A DNA stretch of 63,661 nt, counting the filler. It is 5 parts of 5 records of this genome, joined end to end, with 100 filler letters (N's around TTAATTAATTAA, not from the genome) between each part and the next. Parts side by side here need not be neighbours in the genome. Positions count along the whole stretch, not along the records: positions 1 to 19,545 come from DRR723986_11892; 4 more parts are not named here. One strand, written 5' to 3'. Made by a program: the position numbers and the translations under genes. Below the pieces are notes generated by a model. That model saw nothing but the letters and a program-made list of their open reading frames with translations. It was not told the DNA's origin and ran no database searches. Shown here piece after piece: positions 1 to 10,510 of the stretch. Numbering within the stretch: position 1 is the first letter of the stretch; each line of letters begins with the position of its first letter.

Positions 1-273
1 GCGGCGAATCTACTTGCTTTCGAGACGCAGGCTGACCTATACTACAGCCAAAACCGGAACCGTGCGAAAGTGGAACGAATCGATGCACGGAAGTTGCCCG
101 GGCTGATCCGCTTTTGCAATACAACCAAATTCGGCGACTGTGTGGTGATCGCTGTTCGCCGAAATGAAAACTACGTAGGCTGCCGTACTGAGTCAGGCCA
201 TAGTGAAAGCCTTAACACGGCGGCTATTATTGCCGCTTTTACATTTGAATTCGTTATTTAGTAGGACCCGAAT

Positions 274-1011
274 ATGATCTGCCGGTTGTTGGTGATGGCG
301 GGCGTTTCTTTCTTGGTGGCTGGTTGTGCGCCTGCTGTCGTTTCGATTTCCCCGGCCGGAAAGCTGCCAGACCTAGAAGGCGGAGTCCATCGCGAGTCCA
401 TTTCGGTACCCGAGGTTGGCACTGTGAAATGTGCGATCCGCATTGACGAGTCTTACGACAGTTCAACTCCAGCTCCGCTCGTGCTGGTTCTGCATTATGG
501 GTACGAAGGATCTAAGCCGGATGCATACACTGGGGCCGACATGATGGAGACCTTTATAGATGCCGTGCGAGAGATCGGTGGTATTGCCATTGCGCCAGAC
601 GCCGTTGGAGGCGATTGGAGAAGCGCCAAGAATGAACGGTCTGCTGTCTGGTTGGTGGAGAGTGCAAAGAACACCTACAACATCGATGCGAATCAGGTCT
701 ACGTGACTGGATACAGCATGGGCGGCGAAGGAGCATGGCACGTTGCAAGTCGGCATCAAGACCTGTTTACCGGTGCTATCCCTGTCGCGGCGCCAGTTAC
801 CGGTTCGACAGATTGGAAAATTCCTGTCTACGCAATCCACTCCAGTCAAGACAACGTCGTGCCGTATTCGGCTGCAAAGAGTCACACCGCTTCGATTGAG
901 GCGGCTGGCGGAACAGTTCAGTTCAAGACTGCTAGCGGTCTCACTCACTACGATGCCGTTGCCTATGGCCCGCATGTCACTGAAGGAGTAAGGTGGCTTC
1001 GAGCACAGTGA
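274..1011 (+). CDS. Alpha/beta hydrolase (esterase/peptidase-like), probable lipoprotein
   Basis: Nucleophile elbow GYSMGG; candidate Asp in HSSQDNVV and His in GLTH; hydrophobic N-terminus with lipobox-like LVAGC. Confidence 0.8.
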   Translation: MICRLLVMAGVSFLVAGCAPAVVSISPAGKLPDLEGGVHRESISVPEVGTVKCAIRIDESYDSSTPAPLVLVLHYGYEGSKPDAYTGADMMETFIDAVREIGGIAIAPDAVGGDWRSAKNERSAVWLVESAKNTYNIDANQVYVTGYSMGGEGAWHVASRHQDLFTGAIPVAAPVTGSTDWKIPVYAIHSSQDNVVPYSAAKSHTASIEAAGGTVQFKTASGLTHYDAVAYGPHVTEGVRWLRAQ

Positions 1012-1499
1012 TTGGGGATTCGATCTGAACAGCCCTTACGCGTTGACGCCAGAACGCGCGTTGGTCACTGAGAAGTGCACCCAAGGCAGCTCAGGGTGTG
1101 AATCCGTTTCGTATCAACCGCGTACTCGGTTGATTTCAAACACTTCCGTTACGACCGGGAGGACGACGATATCAGGGGCACTATTTTGGACCACGTACGA
1201 TAGAAGCCGTCCTCATGTGGGCACGCCCTAGTTTCGGCCGGCTGGGCTAAGATGAAAGATGAGCCGGCGTGAGCATATCGGCATCGCACGCGTAGCGGCA
1301 CTCCAAGCGCGGAATGTGCGAATAAACGGAAACATGCCACAAGCGTTCCTTTGCGACTTAAATGGCAGAGGCTTCGCTAATTTCTCAAACTGCGCCGCCG
1401 TCCGCTGCGTGCGAATGTCCGATTCGAGTTACTCATGCGAGTTGTTTGGGCTATGATGGCAAGCTTGCTCCTCACTTGCTATGACTGGACGATCGGACA

Positions 1500-2333
1500 A
1501 TGCCCTCGCAACTTTCCATTCCCGCAGCCCTTCTTGCTCTAGACAGCAAAGAATTACTAGTTGCTGCATCGGCGGCAAGCCGCGGTGCGCAAATACTGGT
1601 CGAAGCATTTGAGCAAGGAGTTGAGATACGAAGCAAGGAGGGCGAAGCGCCTTACAATTTAGTGAGCGATGCAGACGTCCAAAGCGAACAGATTATCGCG
1701 TCCGAGATTTCGAAGGCTTTTCCGACACACGAGATTCTTGGGGAAGAGCTGAATGATGGCAGCGTGTCAGCCGAACATCTTTGGGTCATCGATCCGCTTG
1801 ATGGAACCAACAACTTCGCTCACGGGATACCTCATTTCGCTATCTCGATCGGCTACTATCGAGATGGGATTTGCCAAGGGGCAGTCGTCGTCAACCCAAT
1901 TCGTAAAGACTGGTACTTCGCCAGTGCAGCGTCGCCAGCGTTTCATGGCGACACGGCTATTCGAGTTCGCAACAGTGAGAACTTGCGAGAGGTCATGGTT
2001 GGCTGCGGTTTTTATTACGATCGCGGTGACATGATGAAAGCAACCCTGGCGGCGGTCGAGGAGTTCTTTTCGAAAGAGATTCATGGTATCCGCCGTTTCG
2101 GCACTGCCGCTTTGGATCTTTGCCAAGTTGCGGCAGGGCAGTTTGGAGCGTTCTTCGAGTATCAACTTGCTCCTTGGGACTTCGCCGCTGCTCGCCTGAT
2201 CCTAGAGAGAGCCGGCGGGAAGATTACCGACGCAAAGGGGCAGCCACTTCAGTTGCAGACGTCAAGCATTCTGGCAAGTAATTCGATACTTCATCAAAGT
2301 GCTTTATCCATCACGACTCGGCACCACCCATAA
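1500..2333 (+). CDS. Inositol monophosphatase family protein (SuhB-like)
   Basis: Motifs VSDAD, ILGEE, WVIDPLDGTNNF, GTAALDL and WDFAAA. Confidence 0.92.
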   Translation: MPSQLSIPAALLALDSKELLVAASAASRGAQILVEAFEQGVEIRSKEGEAPYNLVSDADVQSEQIIASEISKAFPTHEILGEELNDGSVSAEHLWVIDPLDGTNNFAHGIPHFAISIGYYRDGICQGAVVVNPIRKDWYFASAASPAFHGDTAIRVRNSENLREVMVGCGFYYDRGDMMKATLAAVEEFFSKEIHGIRRFGTAALDLCQVAAGQFGAFFEYQLAPWDFAAARLILERAGGKITDAKGQPLQLQTSSILASNSILHQSALSITTRHHP

Positions 2334-2436
2334 GAACTGGAGCGGCCTTTGAAGCTTGGCCAGGACTGAGGTTGCCGAGTTTAAGCCCTCCGCGTGCATC
2401 AAATTCTGTTCAAACGTGTCGAAACGGCCTAAAAAT

Positions 2437-2466
2437 TTGACAATGCGGTCCGGGTTCGGCTAATTT
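2437..2466 (+). promoter_or_regulatory. Putative sigma70 promoter
   Basis: TTGACA (2437-2442), 18-nt spacer, TAATTT (2461-2466), upstream of the CDS at 2608. Confidence 0.4.
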
Positions 2467-2607
2467 ATAGGGTTGAGAATCGTCGGCAGAATGGATCTAC
2501 TGCCTCCACGTACGTGCTTTTCCCCAGACGATTCGGCGTTTGATTGCCACCCCTTATCTTCTGGTCCCGGCCCCGAAGCGGCCGAGTTGACCAATTTGGA
2601 GAGACCG

Positions 2608-4263
2608 ATGTCACGGAAAATGTCTTTCATTGCGGCATTCTTGATGCTACTTGCCTGTATGCCATCGTTGCATGCACAGCAACCAAGCGCGACGAGCAAG
2701 CAAAAGCAGCTCGTCAGGGACTTGGTGCGTGGTCGAATCGGCAGATCCGCAGAGGCGGACCAAGCGATGAATGCAGTCATGCGAGACCAGTTCGTTGCGA
2801 TGTCGCAGGCTAAGGACTGGGAATCGGTCAGTCGAATTCGAAACAACGTGAAGAGCAGCTACCTAAACGGCAGTCCTAGAAAAAGCGATGCCAACGCAGT
2901 AGCCGGACGTGCGTCGGCAAACACTGCAGCGCTCCGCTATTGCAAGACTCTGGCCGAGCGAGACGACATGCAAGCCGCGGTACGCGTGAATGCATTAGCG
3001 ATTATCGCCGAGTTGGATATGTACCAGGACAAGGATGGGGCTCCAGCACCTTACACGAGCGCGCTTAGCCCGCTACTGGCATTCGCGGGAGGCGAAGATA
3101 CGCCTGATTATCTGCGAGCGATCGCGCTTTACGGACTCGAACGGCATATCGGATTCTACTACGGTTCGCCCAATCTACCTGCGGACTGGAAGAAGAGAAT
3201 CTCGAGCTCACTGATCAAAATCATTGAAAGTGAACCAGCCTCCAACGTCGATGCAAAGGTGAATCTCTGGTTGAAACGTCGAGCCTACGACTGTCTAGCG
3301 GCTGGTCGAATAGTGGATGCTAAGAAGGTTGGAATTGAACACGTGGCAGACAGCAGTTTGCCAGCGAGTTTGCGACATTCGGCTCTTCGTTATCTATACC
3401 ATCTCGAAGCAGACTTCACGCCAGAAGAGAACAAGGAATACTTCCTGGGGATTTGCAACATCGCACGTAATCACATGGTTGCGTGGTACGAGGCAGAAGA
3501 CAATCGCCAGAAGATCGTTAGCGGAGCTGCGGCAAGTGCTGGTGGTTATGGCGGTAGCGGCATGGGCGGCTACGGCGGCGGCATGGGCATGGGCGGCGAC
3601 GGTTACGGCGGAGAAGGTGGTTATGGCGGCGGCCCAGGTGGCCCTGGCGGTGGCGGCATGGGTATGGGTATGGGCGGCGGAGGCTACGGTGGAGAAGGTG
3701 GCTATGGCGGCCCCGGTGGTGGCGGAACTGCTGCTCGCCAGAAAGCCATTGATACGCAGTCGTGGGAAACAATCATAGCCCGGCGAGCTGCCAACATGGT
3801 TACTCAAGCGGTTCACCTCGCACTTGACGGTAAAGCACTGGCTGAGTCAGATCGCTCGCGCGCCGTCATCAAGCCCCTGATTCCACAGCTCGCTGATGCT
3901 GAACAACAGAGTGCAATCGAACTACTGGAGCTCGTTGAAGCGCTGCAGGCTGAGATTAATGATGCATCGGTTATCACCGACGTTAAGGGGCTGTTGAAAG
4001 CCAGCGAAGCACCAATCGAAGAAGTGATGCTTCACGTCTTGGACGTTCCAGGTTTCATTAAGCGGTATCCTGAGATTGCTGAAGAGGAAGGCCTTGATAC
4101 CGTCGATGAGCCAGCCAGCGATGGCGATGGGGCACCTACCGATGGAGCGCCAGCCGGAGACGGAGCCGATGGTGACAACGGCGCTTCTGGGGCAGGTGGT
4201 CCCGATGCAGGTCTGCCAGACGCTGGTGCACCCGGTCAGCCAGCAGATGGCGGTAGCCAATAA
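2608..4263 (+). CDS. Secreted hypothetical protein with Gly/Met/Tyr-rich insert and acidic Gly/Asp/Pro tail
   Basis: Long ORF; ATG at 2608 preceded by GGAGAG; signal-peptide-like N-terminus ending SLHA|Q; GGYGG/GMGMG repeats at about 3540-3725. Confidence 0.75.
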   Translation: MSRKMSFIAAFLMLLACMPSLHAQQPSATSKQKQLVRDLVRGRIGRSAEADQAMNAVMRDQFVAMSQAKDWESVSRIRNNVKSSYLNGSPRKSDANAVAGRASANTAALRYCKTLAERDDMQAAVRVNALAIIAELDMYQDKDGAPAPYTSALSPLLAFAGGEDTPDYLRAIALYGLERHIGFYYGSPNLPADWKKRISSSLIKIIESEPASNVDAKVNLWLKRRAYDCLAAGRIVDAKKVGIEHVADSSLPASLRHSALRYLYHLEADFTPEENKEYFLGICNIARNHMVAWYEAEDNRQKIVSGAAASAGGYGGSGMGGYGGGMGMGGDGYGGEGGYGGGPGGPGGGGMGMGMGGGGYGGEGGYGGPGGGGTAARQKAIDTQSWETIIARRAANMVTQAVHLALDGKALAESDRSRAVIKPLIPQLADAEQQSAIELLELVEALQAEINDASVITDVKGLLKASEAPIEEVMLHVLDVPGFIKRYPEIAEEEGLDTVDEPASDGDGAPTDGAPAGDGADGDNGASGAGGPDAGLPDAGAPGQPADGGSQ

Positions 4264-4318
4264 TTTGTCTACTTGCTCGAAAGATTAGCGGCTGCAGTGT
4301 TCAGCCGCAGTTTGCTGT

Positions 4319-5029
4319 TTAGTCACAGTTTTTCGGGTAGCGATAGCCGACACCGTGAACGGTTTGAATGATCTGCGGGGCCTTTGGGTTCTCTTCAATC
4401 CGTTTGCGAAGCTGCGAGATGGTTTGGTCCAGCGTTCGGCTCGTTGGCAGATAGTCTTGGTTCCAAACGGCACTCATCAATTCCTGGCGTGGGACAACAT
4501 TGCCCTGGCGTCGGAATAGACATACGAGCAGCTTCAACTCTCGCAGACTCAGGTCGATTTCTCGTTGTCCGACAACCGCTCGCATCTCTGTCGGAATAAT
4601 CCGAGCATGATGCATCTGGAATTCGGCCTCCATTTGTTCATCTTGCTGGCCCTTATCAGCCTGCAAGCAACGACGAGTTATGGCGCGGATTCTGGCCAGG
4701 ACTTCCTTCACGCCAAACGGCTTGACGATATAGTCATCGGCCCCAAGCTCCAGGCCGACCACTTTGTCAATCTCCTCGCCTTTGGCCGTAATGAACAGGA
4801 CGGGAACTGATGCGTCTACAGCGCGGATGCGTTTGCAGACGTCATAGCCACTTTCACCAGGCATCATGACGTCCAAGCAAACAAAATCCGGTCGCCGCTC
4901 TTGAAACACTTCCCAAGCAGCAATGCCATTTGGTGCACCGGTGCAGCTATAGCCCTCCTGCTCAAGTAGCTCGATCAGACCGCGGCGAGTAATTGAATCG
5001 TCTTCTGCGACAAGGACGTTTAGACGCAT
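4319..5029 (-). CDS. OmpR/PhoB-family response regulator
   Basis: Receiver domain (VLVAEDD, CLDVMMP, ITAK, GADDYIVKPF) plus winged-helix C-terminus (RTLDQTISQLRKRIE, TVHGVGYR); start placed at MRLNV. Confidence 0.93.
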   Translation of the reverse strand: MRLNVLVAEDDSITRRGLIELLEQEGYSCTGAPNGIAAWEVFQERRPDFVCLDVMMPGESGYDVCKRIRAVDASVPVLFITAKGEEIDKVVGLELGADDYIVKPFGVKEVLARIRAITRRCLQADKGQQDEQMEAEFQMHHARIIPTEMRAVVGQREIDLSLRELKLLVCLFRRQGNVVPRQELMSAVWNQDYLPTSRTLDQTISQLRKRIEENPKAPQIIQTVHGVGYRYPKNCD

Positions 5030-5101
5030 ATATGTTTCATGATTGAAAGTCTTCGCTTCGTCGAAATGCACGTTCCATCACATGAACGCACACCTTCAAT
5101 T

Positions 5102-5668
5102 CTACCAATATCCGCAGTTCTGAAACGCTCGTTCTTGTGACGGCGAGTACCAAGTCACCGCTCCAGCACCCGATTCATCGTGTGGACTTGTATAGGAGAG
5201 CAAGTCGACGGGAGGTTGCCAACCCAGTTCCTCAAAGTGCCGCTCAAAGACGGCCTCTGCGTCGCGAACTTGACTGGCAGACGGTGGCTCAGGAAACCCG
5301 TCGCGTTTCCACACTTTTTCATGCCATGCTTCCAGATCATTCTGGCTAATGGAAAACTGTGACCGATGGCCTTCGCGTCGCAGCTCCGCTTCAATATCAG
5401 TCGCACTTTGCGGCGTCCAATACTTGAGTTTGTAACTTGTCGCCTCGCTGGTTGTCTCGTAGTGAAACAGGCCAAAACGGGACGCATCCAGCTTTCCCAT
5501 AATCGTTGTACAAGCGGGAATGAATGCAACAAAGGCAACGCAAGTAGAGGCGAAGCACGTGAACCACTTCGATGCTACGCTTCGCGGCACACAGAGTGTC
5601 ACCATCGCAATCATAACGATTGCAGTTACGAGGGTGATTTGAAAAGGCAGGACGATCCACCAAAACAT
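5102..5668 (-). CDS. Hypothetical membrane protein
   Basis: 188-aa ORF with two N-terminal hydrophobic segments; co-oriented with the response regulator. Confidence 0.65.
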   Translation of the reverse strand: MFWWIVLPFQITLVTAIVMIAMVTLCVPRSVASKWFTCFASTCVAFVAFIPACTTIMGKLDASRFGLFHYETTSEATSYKLKYWTPQSATDIEAELRREGHRSQFSISQNDLEAWHEKVWKRDGFPEPPSASQVRDAEAVFERHFEELGWQPPVDLLSYTSPHDESGAGAVTWYSPSQERAFQNCGYW

Positions 5669-5875
5669 GGCTCAGAACTCTTCACAATTAAGCAAAACAG
5701 ACATTCTACGTGGTCGCTAGTGAGCGATCAAAGACTGGCCAGTAAGGAACTTTGCGATGCAAAAGTAGGAGGACAGTGGGGTCAGGAGTGAATCGTAATC
5801 GGGCGCTTGTCATTTGCCACGGCGAATTGCCCTATAATCGAAGCAATCAATTTCAAGTGGACGGTGAATGGCATT

Positions 5876-7225
5876 ATGAATCGAACAAACACTCCAACCT
5901 CTCAAGCAACCCGCTCAGGCAAATCCGCAAAGCTTGTTTCCAGACGACTAGCACTAGCGGTTGCAGCGGGGGCGTCAGCAGCGATCGTTGGGCGGGCCCA
6001 TAGTTCAACTCAAGCGAGCGAATTACCAAGGGCTAAGGTTGAACGACTGGGGATCGGTTCGATTGGAATGCGGTACCAGGGCACTGTCATCACCGAAAAA
6101 GCACGGAGCTACGGAGACATTGTTGCCATTGCCGACGTCGATCGCCACGTTCGAGAGCAAGCGAGGGCCAGCTTTGGCAGTACGCCACGCATCTTCGAGG
6201 ACTACCAGGATCTCATCAAACGCGCCGACGTCGACGTGGTCCTAATCGGAGCGCCCGACCACTGGCATGCCAAGATGCTGATCGACTCAGTCAGAGCGGA
6301 GAAGGATGTCTACTGCGAGAAACCACTGACGCTGACCATTGACGAAGGCAAGACAATTCGTGATGTGGTTAAGAAGAGCGAGCAAGTCGTTCAGGTTGGC
6401 ACTTGGCAACGCAACGACAGCCGCTTCCGCCTTGCCGTCGAGCTCGTCCGCGCAGGGCGGATCGGGAAATTGAGGCGCGTCACCTGCACGACCGACAAGA
6501 ATCCCACCGGCGGCCCATTCCAGCCAACCGCTTGCCCAGCAAACCTGAACTGGAATCTGTGGTTGGGCCAAGCGCCGCTTGTGCCCTACGTTGCTGAGAG
6601 AGGCCACTATACGTTTCGTTGGTGGTACGAATACGCCGGCGGTAAAATGACCGACTGGGGCGCGCACCACGTCGACATCGCGCAGTGGGCCATCGACGCA
6701 AATCCGGTCGCGGTAAAGACTCGCGCAAAGCTGCCCAGCACCGAGGGCGGTTTCAACGTAGCCACGGATTTCGAAGCTGACGTGCAGTACGACAATGGCG
6801 TAGAACTCTTAGTCCGCGACACCGGGCGACGCGGCATCTTGTTCGAAGGAGAGCGAGGGCGATTCTTTGTCAATCGAGGAGTGATTGACGGCACGCCGAT
6901 CAAGCAACTTGCCGACCAACCGCTTCGCCGTGAGGACTACGTCGCGTATGACTTTGACAACTTGACGCGCCCAGAGCGAGCTGGAAAGCTGGACGCCATC
7001 ATCAATCACATGGGCAACTTCTTCGATTGCATTCAGGACAGGAAGCAACCTATCTCTGACGTCGAAAGCCAACACCGGAGCGCTACAACCTGCCACCTTT
7101 GTAACATATCAATGCGGCTGGGCAAAGACATTCGCTGGAACGCTCAGCACGAGAATTTCGGCAACGACTCTGCCGCAAACGCGATGCTTGCCCGCGAACA
7201 ACGAGCCGGGTTCGAAGTCGCCTAG
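5876..7225 (+). CDS. Gfo/Idh/MocA-family oxidoreductase with Tat signal
   Basis: Twin-arginine SRRLAL; PDHWH, DVYCEKPL and DWGAHHVD motifs. Confidence 0.92.
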   Translation: MNRTNTPTSQATRSGKSAKLVSRRLALAVAAGASAAIVGRAHSSTQASELPRAKVERLGIGSIGMRYQGTVITEKARSYGDIVAIADVDRHVREQARASFGSTPRIFEDYQDLIKRADVDVVLIGAPDHWHAKMLIDSVRAEKDVYCEKPLTLTIDEGKTIRDVVKKSEQVVQVGTWQRNDSRFRLAVELVRAGRIGKLRRVTCTTDKNPTGGPFQPTACPANLNWNLWLGQAPLVPYVAERGHYTFRWWYEYAGGKMTDWGAHHVDIAQWAIDANPVAVKTRAKLPSTEGGFNVATDFEADVQYDNGVELLVRDTGRRGILFEGERGRFFVNRGVIDGTPIKQLADQPLRREDYVAYDFDNLTRPERAGKLDAIINHMGNFFDCIQDRKQPISDVESQHRSATTCHLCNISMRLGKDIRWNAQHENFGNDSAANAMLAREQRAGFEVA

Positions 7226-7273
7226 GACCACAAGCATCATTTTCAGAAACGACTCTCAGCTAACACCACAAAA

Positions 7274-7858
7274 ATGCCTCAGAATACCCCACCTCAAGTT
7301 CTCATTATCATTGGCGACGCATCCGAAACTCTGGACACGATGTACCCGTATTACCGGCTAATTGAGGGCGGCTATAAGCCAGTCGTCGCGGGGCCCAACC
7401 GGCAAATGTATCAGATGGTAATGCACGAGGTTAAACCGGGTTGGACGATCACCAAGGAATGGGAAGGCTACACGATACAGGCGGATATCGCCTTCGCAGA
7501 CATCGATCCGGATCAGTACGCAGGAATCATGTTTTCCGGGGGACGAGCTCCGGAGTACATCCGCTATGACGAAGACCTCGTTCGCGTGACGAAGGCGTTC
7601 TTTGCGGCTTGCAAGCCGATTGCAAGTGTTTGCCACGGTGTCGAAATTCCGGCCTACGCTGACTGTGTCCGAGGCCGCAAGATGGCGACTGTACCGAAAT
7701 GCAAGTTCGACCTTGAAGTCTGCGGAGGAATCTTCGTCGATGAGCCGTGCGTTGTGGACGGCAATTTAGTTAGCGGTCGGACTTTCCACGACAACGGGCA
7801 TTACATCGGGCCATGGATCAAGCTGCTCGATGAAGCGGTCGCAAAGCAGACGAGCTAG
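7274..7858 (+). CDS. DJ-1/PfpI family protein
   Basis: GGRAPEYIR, nucleophile motif SVCHG, VVDGNLVSGR. Confidence 0.9.
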   Translation: MPQNTPPQVLIIIGDASETLDTMYPYYRLIEGGYKPVVAGPNRQMYQMVMHEVKPGWTITKEWEGYTIQADIAFADIDPDQYAGIMFSGGRAPEYIRYDEDLVRVTKAFFAACKPIASVCHGVEIPAYADCVRGRKMATVPKCKFDLEVCGGIFVDEPCVVDGNLVSGRTFHDNGHYIGPWIKLLDEAVAKQTS

Positions 7859-7917
7859 GCACGTAAACCAGTTCTGACGTGGCGATCTCGGTGGTAACGA
7901 TGCCAGTAGTATCAACA

Positions 7918-10173
7918 TCAACGATCTGGCGGTGAATCTTGCTGAATCGTTGTGATAAAACCACTATTGGGTGATTCCCCCTGGCGAAGATGTTTCTCCT
8001 TGCCGCTGGTATAGTTGTTGATTCGCAATACGAAGAACCAGAGGACAGCGATCACAGCCAATACCGTTCCTAATTCGATGTATGTCTCAGTTTGCAGCCG
8101 CTTGCCTAGCTGAGTCAAAGGAGCTTTTACCGATTGACCGCGCTCCTGAACCAAGACCCAGAGATCACTCATGTCGGTGCCCTTGGGTTTCGAGCTCTCA
8201 CCACTGTCGCGCTGCCGTGGTAATCGAACTTGACTGATGGCCGCGATCCACTCTCCTTCAAACGCCTCGCCCTCCGGCAAGCTGGTCGCTACGTCGTTAT
8301 ACGTAAACGCACCATCGCTTAGCCCATCCATGACATGCGGAGCAATCTGCGGAATCGCCGCTTTTCGTGCGACCTCCGTGTCCATCGCCTGCAGGAGAGG
8401 GTGCTGAAGGATGGTGCCTCGCTGCTGCCCCGTTCTACCGTCGACCAAGATTGCAAAACGGTTATCCGTGTCGTCCGCTCCTTTTTGCAGGAGTTCGAAA
8501 TCGCCAAGGTTGATCGTCATGACCAGGACCGCAATGGGATCTCTATCAGCAGCTTGATCCTCGTCTTCCGGTGAATCAACGGCGGCCCAAATCGGCGCGG
8601 CAATTCCGACCTTGTACATTCCAGTCGACGTACTGCGGAAAGACGCCGAGAGGGTCGTGCGACGCGTGGGCTTGTATTCACCAAGTGGTTTAGTGGGATC
8701 GCCGTCAGAAGACATGCCGTTGAAATAACTGCGGTAAGAAAAATTTCCGCCAACGGGAGTCGAGGCTGAATACTCCGGGCTGGCGAACGTAGTTGCCATG
8801 TTGACACCGCGAGCTTCATTGACGAACAGGCTGTTGAACACTGCTGCGCTATTGCCCGAGGAGCGGTTGATCAACCGCTGAAGCCGCTCACCAAGGTACT
8901 CTTCCAATTCGGCACGGACTTTGTCCGCAATGAATTCCTTCTTCTGTGCCGCGGATCCGCTCTTCGCTGTCAACGAGTCGATCATCCTGCCGTTTGCCTC
9001 AACCGTTTCGGCAAGGCGTTTGAGCAATTCTGGCTGAGCAGCCTCCTGCTCAACGATCCTGAACAGAGCTTCGATTTCCTTCTCGAGCGTGCGAGCTGCG
9101 AACATTGCCGCAAACTGATTGCTCTCAAGCGAACGCTGTTGCACACGTTGCAGCGCGATCTGGTTCGCCACGGAGATACTGCGTGCCGAAAAGAGCATCA
9201 TCAGCAGTAGTAACAGAACCGGACCGACGATTCCCATGATGTATAGCGGTCGGCGGGAGCGCGCGAGCTGCCAAGCATCGAGGGCTTCAATGACTTGTTG
9301 AACGTTCTTGTAGCGACGACTTGGGCTGGGAGCAAGGCACCGGTCGACAATCTGACACAGCCCCTTGTCAATGCCCCGCCGTTTGTAATGAAGCTTTGGT
9401 CGTTGGGCTTGTTCGATCGTTTCTCGATAACGTCGCAAACGCTCTGGCAAGCTTGATGCTGTGTCGAGAGTTTCAACGATATCGGGGGTGCGGTACGGAG
9501 GGCTGCCAACGAGCATCGTGTAAGCGATCGCGCCTAGGGCGTAGACATCCCAGGCCGCATCCGGTGCAGCGTTTAGATCAGCTTGTTCTGGTGCCATGTA
9601 AAACAATGTGCCAAGGGACGGCGTCTGGTCGTCCGACATTCTGCTTTGACCAAAGTCAGCCAGTCGAGGTCGAAGGTCATGGTCCAGGACAACGTTGGCT
9701 GGCTTGAGATCGCAATGCAAGACGCCTTTACTGTGAGCAAAGCTCAGTCCGTCGGCCATCTCACGCAGCAACTTGACCGTATCACTGATGGTCAATGCGC
9801 CTCGGGCACGAACGAGATCTTCGAGCGATCCGTTCTCTAAGTATTCCATCACGTAATAAGCCGGCTCAGCGTCCCAGCCAACATTCAGCACCTGCACGAT
9901 GTAGCGTCCGGTGGACATGTTGATCAGGTGCTTGACCTCGCGGCGCAGGAGCGTGAAATCGACTCCGCCGCGGTGCAAGTAGAACTTGATCGCCACCTGC
10001 CGGCCAGTATTGAGATCATTACCGAGCCAAACCTGCCCGAATGCCCCTTCGCCAAGCAGGCGTTCAATACGATAGCCCGGCACCTCAGCGGGTGGAACGG
10101 TAGCCCCAAGGCTGAGTTTTTCAGATCGCTGGAGGCCGCCTAGCGATTGTTGCTGAGTGAAGTCTGAATCCAT
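7918..10173 (-). CDS. Hanks-type Ser/Thr protein kinase with TM-flanked extracytoplasmic Cache-like domain
   Basis: GEGAFGQV, VAIK, HCDLKPAN, DFG, GTLFYMAPEQ, DVYALG; two TM helices flank a segment with dCache-like motifs. Confidence 0.9.
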   Translation of the reverse strand: MDSDFTQQQSLGGLQRSEKLSLGATVPPAEVPGYRIERLLGEGAFGQVWLGNDLNTGRQVAIKFYLHRGGVDFTLLRREVKHLINMSTGRYIVQVLNVGWDAEPAYYVMEYLENGSLEDLVRARGALTISDTVKLLREMADGLSFAHSKGVLHCDLKPANVVLDHDLRPRLADFGQSRMSDDQTPSLGTLFYMAPEQADLNAAPDAAWDVYALGAIAYTMLVGSPPYRTPDIVETLDTASSLPERLRRYRETIEQAQRPKLHYKRRGIDKGLCQIVDRCLAPSPSRRYKNVQQVIEALDAWQLARSRRPLYIMGIVGPVLLLLLMMLFSARSISVANQIALQRVQQRSLESNQFAAMFAARTLEKEIEALFRIVEQEAAQPELLKRLAETVEANGRMIDSLTAKSGSAAQKKEFIADKVRAELEEYLGERLQRLINRSSGNSAAVFNSLFVNEARGVNMATTFASPEYSASTPVGGNFSYRSYFNGMSSDGDPTKPLGEYKPTRRTTLSASFRSTSTGMYKVGIAAPIWAAVDSPEDEDQAADRDPIAVLVMTINLGDFELLQKGADDTDNRFAILVDGRTGQQRGTILQHPLLQAMDTEVARKAAIPQIAPHVMDGLSDGAFTYNDVATSLPEGEAFEGEWIAAISQVRLPRQRDSGESSKPKGTDMSDLWVLVQERGQSVKAPLTQLGKRLQTETYIELGTVLAVIAVLWFFVLRINNYTSGKEKHLRQGESPNSGFITTIQQDSPPDR

Positions 10174-10510
10174 AGACAGTTATAGATGTCCTAGCCTACG
10201 AAAGTGAGGCAGTTGGGAGTCAATTGGGCCGAGCCGATCACATCGCATGCTTTTCTGCTGCCGCGCGGATACATCATCGAACGTCGATCGCCTATCGATC
10301 CAGTCTAGCAGGTTTGCACAGAAGTTTCGAAGGCCGCTTTCTAGCTTTTACCCCACCGCCACGCGATGCAACTCGAATCGGACATATTGTCAACAAAAGG
10401 CGTTGCAGCCTGCCGGCCATTCTTAACCAGCTCCAGCCAAACCGGGTAGCGGCAGGTGGTACCAGCAGTAGAATGCGATCTGCAAACTTACTTGAAAGGT
10501 CACCCATACG

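Noticed and set aside
70..261. 63-aa ORF at the window start
   Set aside because: No motif or RBS; may be a gene tail but cannot be supported
1012..1499. 488-bp intergenic region as a riboswitch or ncRNA
   Set aside because: No recognisable aptamer, tRNA or repeat by eye; an Rfam scan would be needed to exclude one
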